The notes: generated by a model from the sequence alone, not told the origin. A DNA stretch of 64,000 nt from Chitinophagaceae bacterium (GCA_031414035.1 JANOGE010000133.1:15216-79215); one strand, 5' to 3'. Positions 35,924 to 46,744 are shown, counted from the first letter of the stretch. Made by a program: numbers and translations.

Positions 35924-38900
35924 CTAATTTTGCTCCTTTATTAATTTTTCCATGTACGTTTGCTGATCAGCTACAACTTTTACATAATAGATCCCTGCTG
36001 CTAAATTTTCTACATTTATTACGTAAATACCATTTGCGCTGTTCTTCATATTTTGTTGATATACCTTTTTACCCGAAGCATCGGTGATACTGATATCTGC
36101 CACACTATGTTTAACCGGAAGAATGATCCTGACAGCCGCAGCAGCAGGGTTAGGTTGTAATATTATTTTCCCCACAACATCTTCAATCATCGCCTTACGG
36201 ATCTCAGAAAATTTTTCTGTACCGTTAATATCCTTCAGGCGAAGACGGTAATAATATAATACCCCCTTAGTTACATTGTAATCAACAAAACTGTATTGGC
36301 TAAGCTGGTTGCTGTTTCCCCGGGCAGTCACTGTACCAATTGTGTTAAACTGCAGGCCATCAGTACTACGTTCTGTAACAAAATTCCTGGTGTTAATTTC
36401 TACTCTTGTTGTCCAGTTAAGCACAATAGACTGGCTAAGTAGTGGCCTTACAAAAAATTGCAAATCCTGTATTGGCAGCGGAGTTGCGGCTCTGTCAGTG
36501 AGCATGAATTTGGAAAACCCGGTAAAAATCCCTGTATATGATATGTACCCCCTCGTCAATCGCTGGTCATCAACTGAAACAGGCAATACCACAGTACCGC
36601 TGATCGTAGCACCTAAAGGGTCACTATCAGCTGTTTTTAAAATATTTAAACTGGCTGCACTACCTCCCCATACAGCAACTTCATTTGTGGTAAAATAAAT
36701 AGTTGCCCGGTAAGAGCCAGGATATGCAGCATCTGGAGTTAACTGTATTACTTTATCGCTCCTGAATGTAAGCACTCCATTAATAGTGGCAGATTGTCTT
36801 CCTGTACCTGCTGCTGATACTGTAGCAGTCAGGCAACCTATGTTGGTCATATTGTTTACCGAAGCTATCAACTCACCATCAGCAGTGCTTTGTAAAGTTG
36901 CCGGTTGTGTAGCTGTAATATAACCACTGATAGCACTTGCCACAGTACTTTCTACCTTTATACCTTTTGTAAATACAGCCATTGTATCCAGTGTAAAAGG
37001 AGGATTAGCTCCTACTGAATTATCATTTTGCCAGAAGAAACCAATATAAAATTGTTGCCCTTTTAATGATGCCGGCAATGTTACCGTTAAGTTGCTGGCA
37101 GTACTAATGGCCTGCAAAATAGCTGTGCCAGGTATATTACTAAAATTGGTACCATCAAGCGAGTACTGAAGTCGGCCAAAATCATAATAGGTTCCGCCTG
37201 AAAACTCTCCGTTGCACTTATAGGTTAAAAAGAGCTTTAACGAATCACTTGTACCTGTAATCGCCGTTGCATCGATCAATGGAGAACGCAAGCGGGATGT
37301 TGCCGTAGTAGTAATGGTATAGGCAAGTGGCTTGTTAATAATATCGTTGGTAATATGTGCTGCCCCACCGGTTGTTCCTGCTGCTCCGTTTGCACTGTAA
37401 GTCCATACATTGGTGCTGCCAGTATTGGCTATAGTCCATACACCTGCCGGACCTGGGGTAGCAGTTGAACCAAAGCCTTCTGTAAGCAATACTATATCTG
37501 TTTGCAATGGTGATGCAACCTGATCATTATCGTATATGGTTAAACTGCAGGTTTGATTGTAGGTGTCTGCCACTGCATTGCCGCCGGATGCATTAATACT
37601 GTACGAAAGCTCCAGGTTTTCTGTTCCTTCAAAATTATTATCAGCAAACACCCTTATTGTTACCGGCTGAGACAGCGTTCCGCTGTTTAGTGTAACCGAT
37701 GAAGGTGAAATTGTATAATCAGAGCCAATGGTAGCAGAACCGGAAGAAATGAATGTAACAACAGCAGGTTGAGAAGGAGCAGCATCAATCACTACATTGA
37801 CTACATAATCCCGGTAACGCTGGCAACCAACGCCGTTAGTCTTTAAGCTGTCTTCATATATATGAATATTATTTGTATAGAACCTGACCTTTGGCAAAGC
37901 ATTGCAGTTATTCAGGTTGAATGTAGCAATACGGGTATTCCAGGAAGTGCTGCCATTGTTATGTTGGGCAGTCAGCCAAAAATCCCTGTCGGTTGCAGGG
38001 TCAATGGTAAGTACATTATAGTCACCATAACGGGTGCTTCCATTAGAAGCCGTTCCGCTGATAATAGTGGTTTCAGCCAGTGTCATGCTACCTAAAGGAT
38101 CACAATCGTTTCGTGCAGTAAACCGGATAGATGGGTTGGCTGTGGTACCGGAAACATTGTATACCAGGCCAATATTCCCCACTGCATCATAGCACATAGA
38201 GCCAAGCCATCGTTCGTTGCCATCCGGAGACCATGTGGCCTCCTGGTAAATACCCCAGCTACCGGTATTACGGAGTTCTGTCCAACGAATACCCCCTTTA
38301 CCCAATCCATCTGCATCAACGGTAAAATTGCAAACAATACCCTGGTGGGTTCCAAAGTTCCGGTAAACGATCTTATTGCTGAACCGGCCGGCTAAATCTT
38401 CAAGATCAGTTGTAGTATTGGTTTGCTGGTCAATACACTGTCCCCGGGTAGCCGTACACAATTCATCATCAAATGCAGCCGGAACAAAACGGATAGGGGT
38501 TGAAATAACCGTATTGGCAGGTGTAACAAAATCGGGAGTCATGGTGAACATATAAATAGAATCAACATCTGCAGGGTCGCTGGTAAATACCTCATTGGTA
38601 TAATAGAGAAAACTTCCTTTTGTTCCTGCAGGCGGGATCGCAGTGCCTTCCAAACTTACAGGTGCCATAGAATAATACCGGCCGTCGGCATTGATTAGCC
38701 TGGTACGAATGGCAGTGGCTGTTGGGTTACCTACCAGCATTTTAGTACGGTCAAATGCATAAACGGATGAGCCAAGGTAAGCAGTACCTCCCGTATTAAA
38801 ATCATTGGATGTAGCATAATAAGCGTCTGTCCAAATTGAAAATTTAGGAAAATCTACAAAAAATGTATTATCCGCAAAGGCATATACATACCAGCTCCCA

Positions 38901-39514
38901 AGCGGGTCATCTGTAACAGAAACCGCCAGTATCAGTGTATTGATATAAGCTGTTACGCCGCCACTTTTTCCAAATTCTGTAAGTAGCCAGCGTTTAGCCA
39001 ATTGGTCATAAAGCAGGATCGGGTCACCGGCGCCCTGTACACCTGTTATATTACTGAAATTAAATTGTGCGGCCACCTGGGTACCATCCTTATTAAAAAT
39101 TTTCATTAACGACCCGGTACCGGCATTTATCATCTGTATGACATGGTTGGGCCCAACAGCAATTACCGGGTCTGATGGATTTACTGAAGTATATCCCATT
39201 CCATTTACATTGGTACCCACCGTAGTGCTTGCTAAATTATCAGGTATATCTGTACTTTTAGATCGCTGCAAAACCGGGTCGGTCATTGGAGTTGTATCCT
39301 TACGGAACGGCCGGATGATAGCTGTTTTTTTTGCTACCCCCACTAAACCATTTTCATCACGGGTTATTACAGGCGTAAAGAAATCTGCTTCGCCAGAAAT
39401 GATTTTCGGCTTCCTGGTGGCCATCAATTGCCCGTTAATGGCAACCGGAGTGGTTTGCTGGGCATTGATATCCAAGGCTGCAAGAATTAAACAAACAAGA
39501 AAAAGTTGTTTCAT
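35924..39514 (-). CDS. Large secreted multidomain protein with T9SS C-terminal sorting domain (function unknown)
   Basis: 1196 aa with signal peptide MKQLFLVCLILAALDINAQ. It has a Calx-beta-like segment (GSDYTISPSSVTLNSGTLSQPVTIRVFADNNFEGTENLELSYSI) and an Ig/FN3-like module. The C-terminal about 80 aa (LQPNPAAAAVRIIL...GIYYVKVVADQQTYMEKLIKEQN) are typical of Por_Secre_tail. Confidence 0.8.
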   Translation of the reverse strand: MKQLFLVCLILAALDINAQQTTPVAINGQLMATRKPKIISGEADFFTPVITRDENGLVGVAKKTAIIRPFRKDTTPMTDPVLQRSKSTDIPDNLASTTVGTNVNGMGYTSVNPSDPVIAVGPNHVIQMINAGTGSLMKIFNKDGTQVAAQFNFSNITGVQGAGDPILLYDQLAKRWLLTEFGKSGGVTAYINTLILAVSVTDDPLGSWYVYAFADNTFFVDFPKFSIWTDAYYATSNDFNTGGTAYLGSSVYAFDRTKMLVGNPTATAIRTRLINADGRYYSMAPVSLEGTAIPPAGTKGSFLYYTNEVFTSDPADVDSIYMFTMTPDFVTPANTVISTPIRFVPAAFDDELCTATRGQCIDQQTNTTTDLEDLAGRFSNKIVYRNFGTHQGIVCNFTVDADGLGKGGIRWTELRNTGSWGIYQEATWSPDGNERWLGSMCYDAVGNIGLVYNVSGTTANPSIRFTARNDCDPLGSMTLAETTIISGTASNGSTRYGDYNVLTIDPATDRDFWLTAQHNNGSTSWNTRIATFNLNNCNALPKVRFYTNNIHIYEDSLKTNGVGCQRYRDYVVNVVIDAAPSQPAVVTFISSGSATIGSDYTISPSSVTLNSGTLSQPVTIRVFADNNFEGTENLELSYSINASGGNAVADTYNQTCSLTIYDNDQVASPLQTDIVLLTEGFGSTATPGPAGVWTIANTGSTNVWTYSANGAAGTTGGAAHITNDIINKPLAYTITTTATSRLRSPLIDATAITGTSDSLKLFLTYKCNGEFSGGTYYDFGRLQYSLDGTNFSNIPGTAILQAISTASNLTVTLPASLKGQQFYIGFFWQNDNSVGANPPFTLDTMAVFTKGIKVESTVASAISGYITATQPATLQSTADGELIASVNNMTNIGCLTATVSAAGTGRQSATINGVLTFRSDKVIQLTPDAAYPGSYRATIYFTTNEVAVWGGSAASLNILKTADSDPLGATISGTVVLPVSVDDQRLTRGYISYTGIFTGFSKFMLTDRAATPLPIQDLQFFVRPLLSQSIVLNWTTRVEINTRNFVTERSTDGLQFNTIGTVTARGNSNQLSQYSFVDYNVTKGVLYYYRLRLKDINGTEKFSEIRKAMIEDVVGKIILQPNPAAAAVRIILPVKHSVADISITDASGKKVYQQNMKNSANGIYVINVENLAAGIYYVKVVADQQTYMEKLIKEQN

Positions 39515-39683
39515 TTTAAGATACGTTTAAATGGCAATAAAATAAAGTACTGTAAGATACTATAGTACATTATTATCGAACCGGTTTTTCCAACTCTTTT
39601 ACAATTATTTATTTATTCCCAGGCAATTTTATATTAATCCACATTCCATTATATATTCCTTTAAACTAATTTGCAGTTTCATT

Positions 39684-41723
39684 ATGCCTTTCCAGTTATA
39701 TGCACCATATTCCCCTGCCGGCGACCAGCCCGATGCTATCCGCGAACTGACAGAAGGCATTCTGAATGGAGAAAAATATCAAACACTTTTAGGTGTTACC
39801 GGCAGCGGTAAAACCTTTACCATGGCCAATGTGATACAAAATGTGCAACAACCAACACTGGTGATCACCCATAATAAAACCCTGGTAGCCCAATTATATG
39901 GGGAGTTCAAACAATTCTTCCCGGATAATGCCGTAGGCTATTTTGTTTCTTATTATGATTACTACCAGCCGGAGGCTTACATGCCCGTCAGTAATACCTA
40001 TATCGAAAAGGACCTGAGCATCAATGAGGAACTGGATAAGCTCCGCCTGCAGGCAACAGCACAATTATTAAGCGGCCGCAGGGATATTATAATTGTGGCC
40101 AGTGTAAGTTGTATCTATGGTATGGGTAACCCTACCGATTATGAGAATGGTATTATCCGTATTGAAAAAGGACAGGTCATTTCCCGCCAGGGTTTTTTAC
40201 ATGCCCTGGTAAATTCATTATACAACCGGAGTGAAGGCGATTTTACAAGAGGCACATTCCGGGTTAAGGGCGATACCATTGATATTAATCTGCCCTATGT
40301 AGATTTTGGATACCGCATCGCTTTTTTTGGAGATGAGATAGAAACCATTGAAACGCTGGAATTAAGCAGTGGTAAGCGTATCAGCAGTGTGGAGAATGCA
40401 GCTATCTTCCCCGCCAATTTATATGTTGCCCCCAAAGATGTACTGCAGCAGGTGGTACATGAAATACAGGATGAAGTGGCTGCCCAGGAATTATATTATA
40501 AAAACAGCGGAAAATATATTGAAGCACAACGTATCAGTGAACGGGTAAATTATGATCTCGAAATGATACGTGAGCTGGGTTATTGCAGTGGCATAGAAAA
40601 CTACTCCCGTTTTTTTGACAGAAGAAAGCCCGGCACCAGGCCCTTTTGCCTGCTGGATTATTTTCCGAAAGATTTTTTATGTATGATCGATGAAAGTCAT
40701 CAAACTATCCCACAGGTGAGTGGTATGTATGGCGGTGACAGAAGCAGGAAACTGGTATTGGTTGATTATGGCTTCCGTTTGCCATCAGCATTGGATAACC
40801 GCCCGTTAAATTTTCATGAGTTTGAATCTTTATTGAACCAGACAGTTTTTGTTTCGGCAACACCGGCCAATTATGAGCTGGAAAAATGCGGGGGGGTGGT
40901 GGTAGAACAGGTAGTGCGGCCTACCGGTTTACTGGACCCGCCTATTGAAGTACGCCCCTCTGTTAATCAAATTGATGACCTGTTGGATGAAATTGATAAA
41001 CGGATTAAAAAAGGTGACAGGGTTTTGGTTACCACACTGACCAAACGCATGGCCGAAGAAATGGATAAATACCTGCACCGCATCAACATTAAAAGCAAAT
41101 ACATACACAGTGAGGTAGATACCCTGGAAAGAATTGAAATACTCAGGGAGCTTCGCCTTGGTGTTATTGATGTATTGGTAGGTGTTAATTTATTAAGAGA
41201 AGGACTTGATCTTCCTGAAGTTTCCCTGGTGGCTATTTTAGATGCTGATAAAGAAGGTTTTCTCCGTAACGAAAAAAGCCTTACCCAAACTGCCGGCCGG
41301 GCAGCCCGCAATGTTGATGGGCTGGTTATTTTTTATGCCGATAAAATGACCGACAGCATGCAGCGGACTATTGACGAAACGAACCGCCGTCGTGAGAAAC
41401 AGGTAGCTTTTAACACACAACATAATATTATACCTGCCACCATTATTAAAAGTACGGAGCAGGTCTTTGCCCAGGGATCCGTTCTGGATGTAAAAGGGTA
41501 TGACCCTGCCAATCCTTATTCCATTGCTCCTGACGGGGAACTGGTAACTTTTGCAGCAGAAGACCAGGCGGTTTATTCAACCATCCCGCAGATTGAAAAA
41601 GCTATTGCCAAAACCAAAAAAGAGATGACCAGAGCCGCAAAAGACATGGATTTTATGGAGGCTGCCAGGCTTCGGGATGAGATGTTCAGGTTGCAAAAAG
41701 AGTTGGGGGAGATGAAAAAATAA
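39684..41723 (+). CDS. uvrB: Excinuclease ABC subunit B
   Basis: 679 aa. It has GVTGSGKTFTMANVI (Walker A), DESH, helicase motifs, and a C-terminal UVR domain (FMEAARLRDEMFRLQKEL). Confidence 0.95.
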   Translation: MPFQLYAPYSPAGDQPDAIRELTEGILNGEKYQTLLGVTGSGKTFTMANVIQNVQQPTLVITHNKTLVAQLYGEFKQFFPDNAVGYFVSYYDYYQPEAYMPVSNTYIEKDLSINEELDKLRLQATAQLLSGRRDIIIVASVSCIYGMGNPTDYENGIIRIEKGQVISRQGFLHALVNSLYNRSEGDFTRGTFRVKGDTIDINLPYVDFGYRIAFFGDEIETIETLELSSGKRISSVENAAIFPANLYVAPKDVLQQVVHEIQDEVAAQELYYKNSGKYIEAQRISERVNYDLEMIRELGYCSGIENYSRFFDRRKPGTRPFCLLDYFPKDFLCMIDESHQTIPQVSGMYGGDRSRKLVLVDYGFRLPSALDNRPLNFHEFESLLNQTVFVSATPANYELEKCGGVVVEQVVRPTGLLDPPIEVRPSVNQIDDLLDEIDKRIKKGDRVLVTTLTKRMAEEMDKYLHRINIKSKYIHSEVDTLERIEILRELRLGVIDVLVGVNLLREGLDLPEVSLVAILDADKEGFLRNEKSLTQTAGRAARNVDGLVIFYADKMTDSMQRTIDETNRRREKQVAFNTQHNIIPATIIKSTEQVFAQGSVLDVKGYDPANPYSIAPDGELVTFAAEDQAVYSTIPQIEKAIAKTKKEMTRAAKDMDFMEAARLRDEMFRLQKELGEMKK

Positions 41724-41765
41724 TTTACTATCTTAACCCTCCGTTAGTAAAAAAAACAGTAACAT

Positions 41766-42509
41766 ATGACTACAATAGCACTCTACAACCTTAAAGGCGG
41801 TGTTGGTAAAACAGCCAGTTGTGTAAACTTTGCCTACTTAGCCGCAGCAGACGGTTATAAAACGTTATTATGGGATATAGACCCCCAGGGTTCATCTTCT
41901 TTTTATTATAAAGCCAAACCCAAAACCCATCCCGGTATTAAAAAACTCATTACCAAAGATGCTCACCTGGAGAATGCCATCATGAGCACTGATTTTGAAT
42001 TACTGGATGTTATCCCTGCAGATAATTCCAGCAAAAGCTTTGAAATCATGCAGGATGAAATGAAGGGGAATAAAACCCGTTTGAAATCGATTTTAAAACA
42101 ATTAGACGGCGAATATGATTTTGTTTTTATTGATTGCCCTCCAGGATTCAGTGTATTAAGCGAAAATATTTTTAATGCTGCCGATATCGTGTTAATGCCT
42201 GTTATCCCTACAACACTTTCTATACGTACTTATAATATGGTAAAAGACTATTTTAAAGAAAAGGATCTTGACATGAAAAAAATGATGTGCTTTTTTACTA
42301 TGACCGACCTGCGTAAAAACCTGCACAATGAGATCATGGAAGAGCTCTATAAAGACAAACGCTTCTTCCAGAATTATATACCGTATTTAAGTGATGTGGA
42401 AAAAATGGGCATACACAAAGCTCCCATCATGGAATTTGCCAACAGCAGTTATGCTGCCAGCTGTTACCGGGAGTTATGGACCGAGATCAAGGAAGGGGTG
42501 CTGGAATAA
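41766..42509 (+). CDS. ParA/MinD-family P-loop ATPase (orphan)
   Basis: 247 aa. It has the deviant Walker A motif YNLKGGVGKTASCVNFAY, then LLWDIDPQGS and FIDCPPG. Confidence 0.8.
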   Translation: MTTIALYNLKGGVGKTASCVNFAYLAAADGYKTLLWDIDPQGSSSFYYKAKPKTHPGIKKLITKDAHLENAIMSTDFELLDVIPADNSSKSFEIMQDEMKGNKTRLKSILKQLDGEYDFVFIDCPPGFSVLSENIFNAADIVLMPVIPTTLSIRTYNMVKDYFKEKDLDMKKMMCFFTMTDLRKNLHNEIMEELYKDKRFFQNYIPYLSDVEKMGIHKAPIMEFANSSYAASCYRELWTEIKEGVLE

Positions 42510-42554
42510 TTGAGCGTTGATTATTGAAAAAAAAATAATTAGTTTTGCCGCATT

Positions 42555-43286
42555 ATGAAAAGAGAACTTAATTCCTGGTTTAGCCCGGCCCTGCAAAAAG
42601 AAATGCCCATTGTTACCTATGGCGATTATGGGTTTGCCCTGTTATTTGTACCCACAGCTGCCGCTGATTACCTGGAGTATGAACGCTTTCAGATGATGGA
42701 AACGCTGGCCCCTTATATTAACAGCGGCAAGGTAAAAGTGTATTCTATCAACAGTATTAATAATGAGAGCTGGCTGAATACCGAAATAGCAGGCGAACAT
42801 AAAGCCATCCGTCAAAACCAGTTTAATGAATATGTTTTTAATGAGGTAGTACCCTATATAAAGAACAGTACGTCAGGCGAAACCCCGATCATTACCTGTG
42901 GTGCATCTTTTGGGGCATTACACAGCATGAACCTGTTTTTAAAACGGCCCGATCTCATCAACGGCGTAATTGCCATGAGTGGGGTATACAACCTGTCGGA
43001 ATATACCAAAGGCTTTTATGATGACCAGGTATATCTTAATTCCCCCATGCATTATTTACCAAATCTTACTGACCATAACATATTGGAACAGATCCGCAAA
43101 AGCCCGAATGTTCATATTTTAACAGGCAGCGGCGCCTATGAAGACCCTGATGCTTCAAAAGCCTTTGCAGGATTGCTTTACAGCAAGGGAATAAATTACG
43201 AACTGGATGTGTGGGGCGAAGAATGGAAACACGACTGGCCAACCTGGAGGGCAATGCTTCCTGTATATATGGAAACACGTTTTTAA
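42555..43286 (+). CDS. Esterase family alpha/beta-hydrolase
   Basis: 243 aa. It has the nucleophile-elbow-like ITCGASFGALHS and a late His region (HDWPTW). Confidence 0.6.
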   Translation: MKRELNSWFSPALQKEMPIVTYGDYGFALLFVPTAAADYLEYERFQMMETLAPYINSGKVKVYSINSINNESWLNTEIAGEHKAIRQNQFNEYVFNEVVPYIKNSTSGETPIITCGASFGALHSMNLFLKRPDLINGVIAMSGVYNLSEYTKGFYDDQVYLNSPMHYLPNLTDHNILEQIRKSPNVHILTGSGAYEDPDASKAFAGLLYSKGINYELDVWGEEWKHDWPTWRAMLPVYMETRF

Positions 43287-43356
43287 CGCCCTGTGTTATT
43301 TACACAATAATATAACCGTTTTTTCAGTTAAGTAAGTAACCTATAAATCCTAAACA

Positions 43357-43776
43357 GTGAAAAGCCCCTTACTACTTTTTGCACTTAAGTGCTCTGTAAT
43401 ACTATATTTCGCTGCCTGCTCCGGTATTGGAGAGTTTACAACCGATGTATCAGTAACCCCGCTTGTAACTAAAGGCACCTGGAGAGTAAATCATTTTATG
43501 GATGCGGATAAAGATCAATCCAATGGTCTTACCGGATACTCCCTGACCTTTGACCCTGCCGGTAAAATTAAAGCTATCAAAAACGGAAAAGAGACCAATG
43601 GCAACTGGTCTGAAGATGATATTTTAAAAAGAATTACGATCAATTTAGATACCAGGGACCCTATGTTGACAAAATTAAATGATCATTGGAATATCACAAC
43701 CGTTACAAAAACCGGGGTGATTCTTCAAAACACAGAAAATCCTGATAAAGGTGGATTTCAGTTAACCAGCCTATAA
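43357..43776 (+). CDS. Hypothetical lipoprotein
   Basis: 139 aa with a GTG start at 43357. The signal has a lipobox-like ILYFAAC. No recognisable family. Confidence 0.5.
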   Translation: MKSPLLLFALKCSVILYFAACSGIGEFTTDVSVTPLVTKGTWRVNHFMDADKDQSNGLTGYSLTFDPAGKIKAIKNGKETNGNWSEDDILKRITINLDTRDPMLTKLNDHWNITTVTKTGVILQNTENPDKGGFQLTSL

Positions 43777-43899
43777 TAAAGAGAGTTGTTTTGTTTATTT
43801 GAGTTTACATAAGCTTAAGAAGCCGTTCCGGCAGTGGGGTGGCTTTTTAAGTTTTAAGATGATGTTGATTGGCACGACAGATTGTTTTACTTTTATGCC

Positions 43900-46743
43900 A
43901 TGCCAAAAAAATTATTTTTGTTAGACGCATTTGCGCTTGTATTTCGTGCCTACTATGCCCTTATCCGTAATCCCCGTATTACCAGTAAAGGAAGAAATAC
44001 GAATGCCCAGTTTGGTTTTACCAATACCATTATAGAACTCATCACCAATCAAAAACCCACCCATATGGCGGTGTGTTTTGATACCCATGCACCAACTGAA
44101 CGGCACACCGACTTTGCCGATTACAAGGCCAACCGGCAGGAAACGCCTGAAGATATTTTATCGGCAGTGCCGGATATAAAAAGAATTATTGAAGGGTTGA
44201 ACATACCCGTTATTGCCATTGATGGCTACGAAGCCGATGATGTAATTGGCGCTTTGGCAAAAAAAGCAGAAAAAGAGGGTTATGAGGTATACATGGTAAC
44301 CCCTGATAAAGATTATGGCCAGCTGGTTTCTGAAAATATAAAAATTTACAAGCCGCCATACCAGGGCGGAAAATTTGAAATATTGGGGCCCAAAGAAGTT
44401 TGTGAAAAATGGGATATTGAAAACGTAGACCAGGTTATAGATATTTTAGGCATGATGGGGGATGCCGTTGATAATATCCCGGGCATAAAAGGTGTGGGAG
44501 AAAAAACAGCCGCCAAATTATTAAAAGAATATGGTACGCTGGAAAATGTTTTAAAAAATGCAGATCATATAAAAGGTTCCATAGGAGAAAAAGTAAGGGC
44601 AGGAAAAGAAATTGCCCTGATGAGTAAAAAATTAGCTACTATAATTATAAATGTACCGGTTGAATTTCATGAAGAGAATTTCCTGATAAAAGAAATGAAC
44701 AAGCCTGCACTGAAAGCAATTTTTGAAGAACTGGAGTTTAAAACATTGGGCAAACGTATCCTGGGGGATGATATAGAGGTAGCTACTGAAGTTTGGAACC
44801 ATACTGCCGGTGCCAAAGCAAATAAACCGGAAAGTGGGCAGATGGATCTTTTTGGAAATATTAAAGAGCAGCCCGAAGCTGTTGAAATAATGGTTAAAGA
44901 TGAAGAAACAATTATTGCGGTTAATAAAAACATCAGCAATACACCGCATAACTATGTGCTGATTGATACCGTTAAAAAAATCAGTGAGATCATACCCATC
45001 CTTCAATCTGCGGTTGAGATATGTTTTGATACCGAAACCACCGGCATTGATCCCAATGATGCAGAATTGGTAGGTTTAAGTTTTTCAGTAAAACCGGGCG
45101 AAGGTTATTATGTTCCTTGCCCGGCTGATAAAGCCGCTTGCATTAAACTATTAAACAACTTTCAACAACTATTCAACGATAAGGACAAAACCTGGATAGG
45201 CCAGAATCTTAAATACGATATGCTGATCATGAAATGGTATGGCTTTGAATTGATGGGAAACACGTTTGATACCATGCTGGCGCATTATGTTATTGAACCC
45301 GATGGCAAAAACAGCATGGACGCCTTAAGCGAAAAGTATTTAGGCTATGAACCTGTTCATATTGAAGAGTTGATCGGAAAAAAAGGAAAGGGGCAGGGAA
45401 ACATGAAAGATGTGGAGCCTGAAAAGATTAAAGACTATGCCGCCGAAGATGCCGATATAACATTGCAGTTGAAAAATGTTTTTCTTCCAAAACTTAAAGA
45501 AAAACAAGTTGAAAAAGTTTTTTATGAAGTGGAGAATCCATTGGTGAAGGTATTGGCTGCGATGGAATTTGAAGGCATACGGATTGATGAAGGTTTCCTT
45601 AATGAATACAGCAAAGAGCTCGAAAAAGAAGCAAAGGCAGCAGAGGAAAGTGTTTACAGGCAAGCTGGTGTCCGTTTTAATTTAGCTTCCCCAAAACAAC
45701 TGGGTGAAGTGCTGTTTGATAAAATGCAGATCGATCCCAAAGCCAAAAAAACAAAGACAGGCCAATATGCAACAGGTGAAGATGTATTATTAAAGCTGGC
45801 CAGTAAAAATAAAATTGTAGATGATATTTTAGTTTTCCGTGAGTTTACCAAACTAAAATCAACTTATGTAGATGCATTGCCCCTGATGATCAATAAAAAA
45901 ACCGGGCGAGTACATACATCATACGCACAGGCGGTTGCAGTAACCGGCAGGCTGAGCAGCAATAATCCTAACCTGCAGAACATTCCTATCCGTACCGAAA
46001 GGGGAAGAGAGATACGCAAAGCCTTTATTCCAAGAGATGCTGATCATGTATTAATTTCTGCCGATTATTCACAAATAGAATTACGCATTGTTGCCGCCAT
46101 CAGTGGTGATGTAAATATGTGTGAGGCTTTTAAAACCGGCAAGGATATTCATAATGCCACGGCTGCAAAGGTTTTTAATGTAGATGAAAAAGAAGTGACA
46201 AAGGAAATGCGGTACAAAGCCAAGAGTGTGAACTTTGGGATTATTTATGGCCAGGGTGCATTTGGTTTGGCCGAAAATCTGGGAATCAGTCGAAGTGAAG
46301 CAAAGGAAATTATTGATAATTATAAAAAGCAGTTTCCCAATATTCAAAAATACATGGATGACACTATTCATTTTGCACAGGAACATGGTTATGTACAAAC
46401 ACTGATGGGCCGCAAACGCTGGCTTAAAGATATAAACAGCGCCAACTTTACCGTTCGTACCTTTGCCGAACGCAATGCCATCAATTCGCCCATACAGGGC
46501 AGTGCCGCCGATATGATAAAATTGGCCATGATAAAAATTTATGCAGAATTCAGCAAATATAATTTTAAAAGTAAAATGCTGTTGCAGGTACATGATGAAT
46601 TGGTTTTTGATGCACACAGATCGGAGATCGAAAAAATAAAACCCATCATTTTAAATTGCATGCAAACAGCTTTGGCATTACCCAATAATGTACCAACCAG
46701 TGCAGAGTTGGGTTTGGGAGATAACTGGCTGGAGGCGCATTAA
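43900..46743 (+). CDS. polA: DNA polymerase I
   Basis: The ORF starts at 43882, with a likely start at ATG 43900 (MPKKLFLLDAFALVFRAYYA, 5'-3' exonuclease). A 3'-5' exo region (CFDTETTG) is present. Pol A motifs are ISADYSQIELR, RYKAKSVNFGIIYG and QVHDELVF. Confidence 0.95.
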   Translation: MPKKLFLLDAFALVFRAYYALIRNPRITSKGRNTNAQFGFTNTIIELITNQKPTHMAVCFDTHAPTERHTDFADYKANRQETPEDILSAVPDIKRIIEGLNIPVIAIDGYEADDVIGALAKKAEKEGYEVYMVTPDKDYGQLVSENIKIYKPPYQGGKFEILGPKEVCEKWDIENVDQVIDILGMMGDAVDNIPGIKGVGEKTAAKLLKEYGTLENVLKNADHIKGSIGEKVRAGKEIALMSKKLATIIINVPVEFHEENFLIKEMNKPALKAIFEELEFKTLGKRILGDDIEVATEVWNHTAGAKANKPESGQMDLFGNIKEQPEAVEIMVKDEETIIAVNKNISNTPHNYVLIDTVKKISEIIPILQSAVEICFDTETTGIDPNDAELVGLSFSVKPGEGYYVPCPADKAACIKLLNNFQQLFNDKDKTWIGQNLKYDMLIMKWYGFELMGNTFDTMLAHYVIEPDGKNSMDALSEKYLGYEPVHIEELIGKKGKGQGNMKDVEPEKIKDYAAEDADITLQLKNVFLPKLKEKQVEKVFYEVENPLVKVLAAMEFEGIRIDEGFLNEYSKELEKEAKAAEESVYRQAGVRFNLASPKQLGEVLFDKMQIDPKAKKTKTGQYATGEDVLLKLASKNKIVDDILVFREFTKLKSTYVDALPLMINKKTGRVHTSYAQAVAVTGRLSSNNPNLQNIPIRTERGREIRKAFIPRDADHVLISADYSQIELRIVAAISGDVNMCEAFKTGKDIHNATAAKVFNVDEKEVTKEMRYKAKSVNFGIIYGQGAFGLAENLGISRSEAKEIIDNYKKQFPNIQKYMDDTIHFAQEHGYVQTLMGRKRWLKDINSANFTVRTFAERNAINSPIQGSAADMIKLAMIKIYAEFSKYNFKSKMLLQVHDELVFDAHRSEIEKIKPIILNCMQTALALPNNVPTSAELGLGDNWLEAH

Positions 46744-46744
46744 A

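Noticed and set aside
46081-46617. 178-aa antisense ORF inside polA. Similar long antisense ORFs occur at 17956-18351 in meaB, 47744-48226 across dsbA/DUF1579, 44632-45006 and 45340-45663 in polA, 31846-32232 and 32257-32580 in typA, and 8557-9252 in the DUF5916 gene.
   Set aside because: All lie opposite strongly supported genes with clear family motifs. Their translations are low-complexity or hydrophobic with no motifs. They are best explained as chance open frames on the antisense strand.
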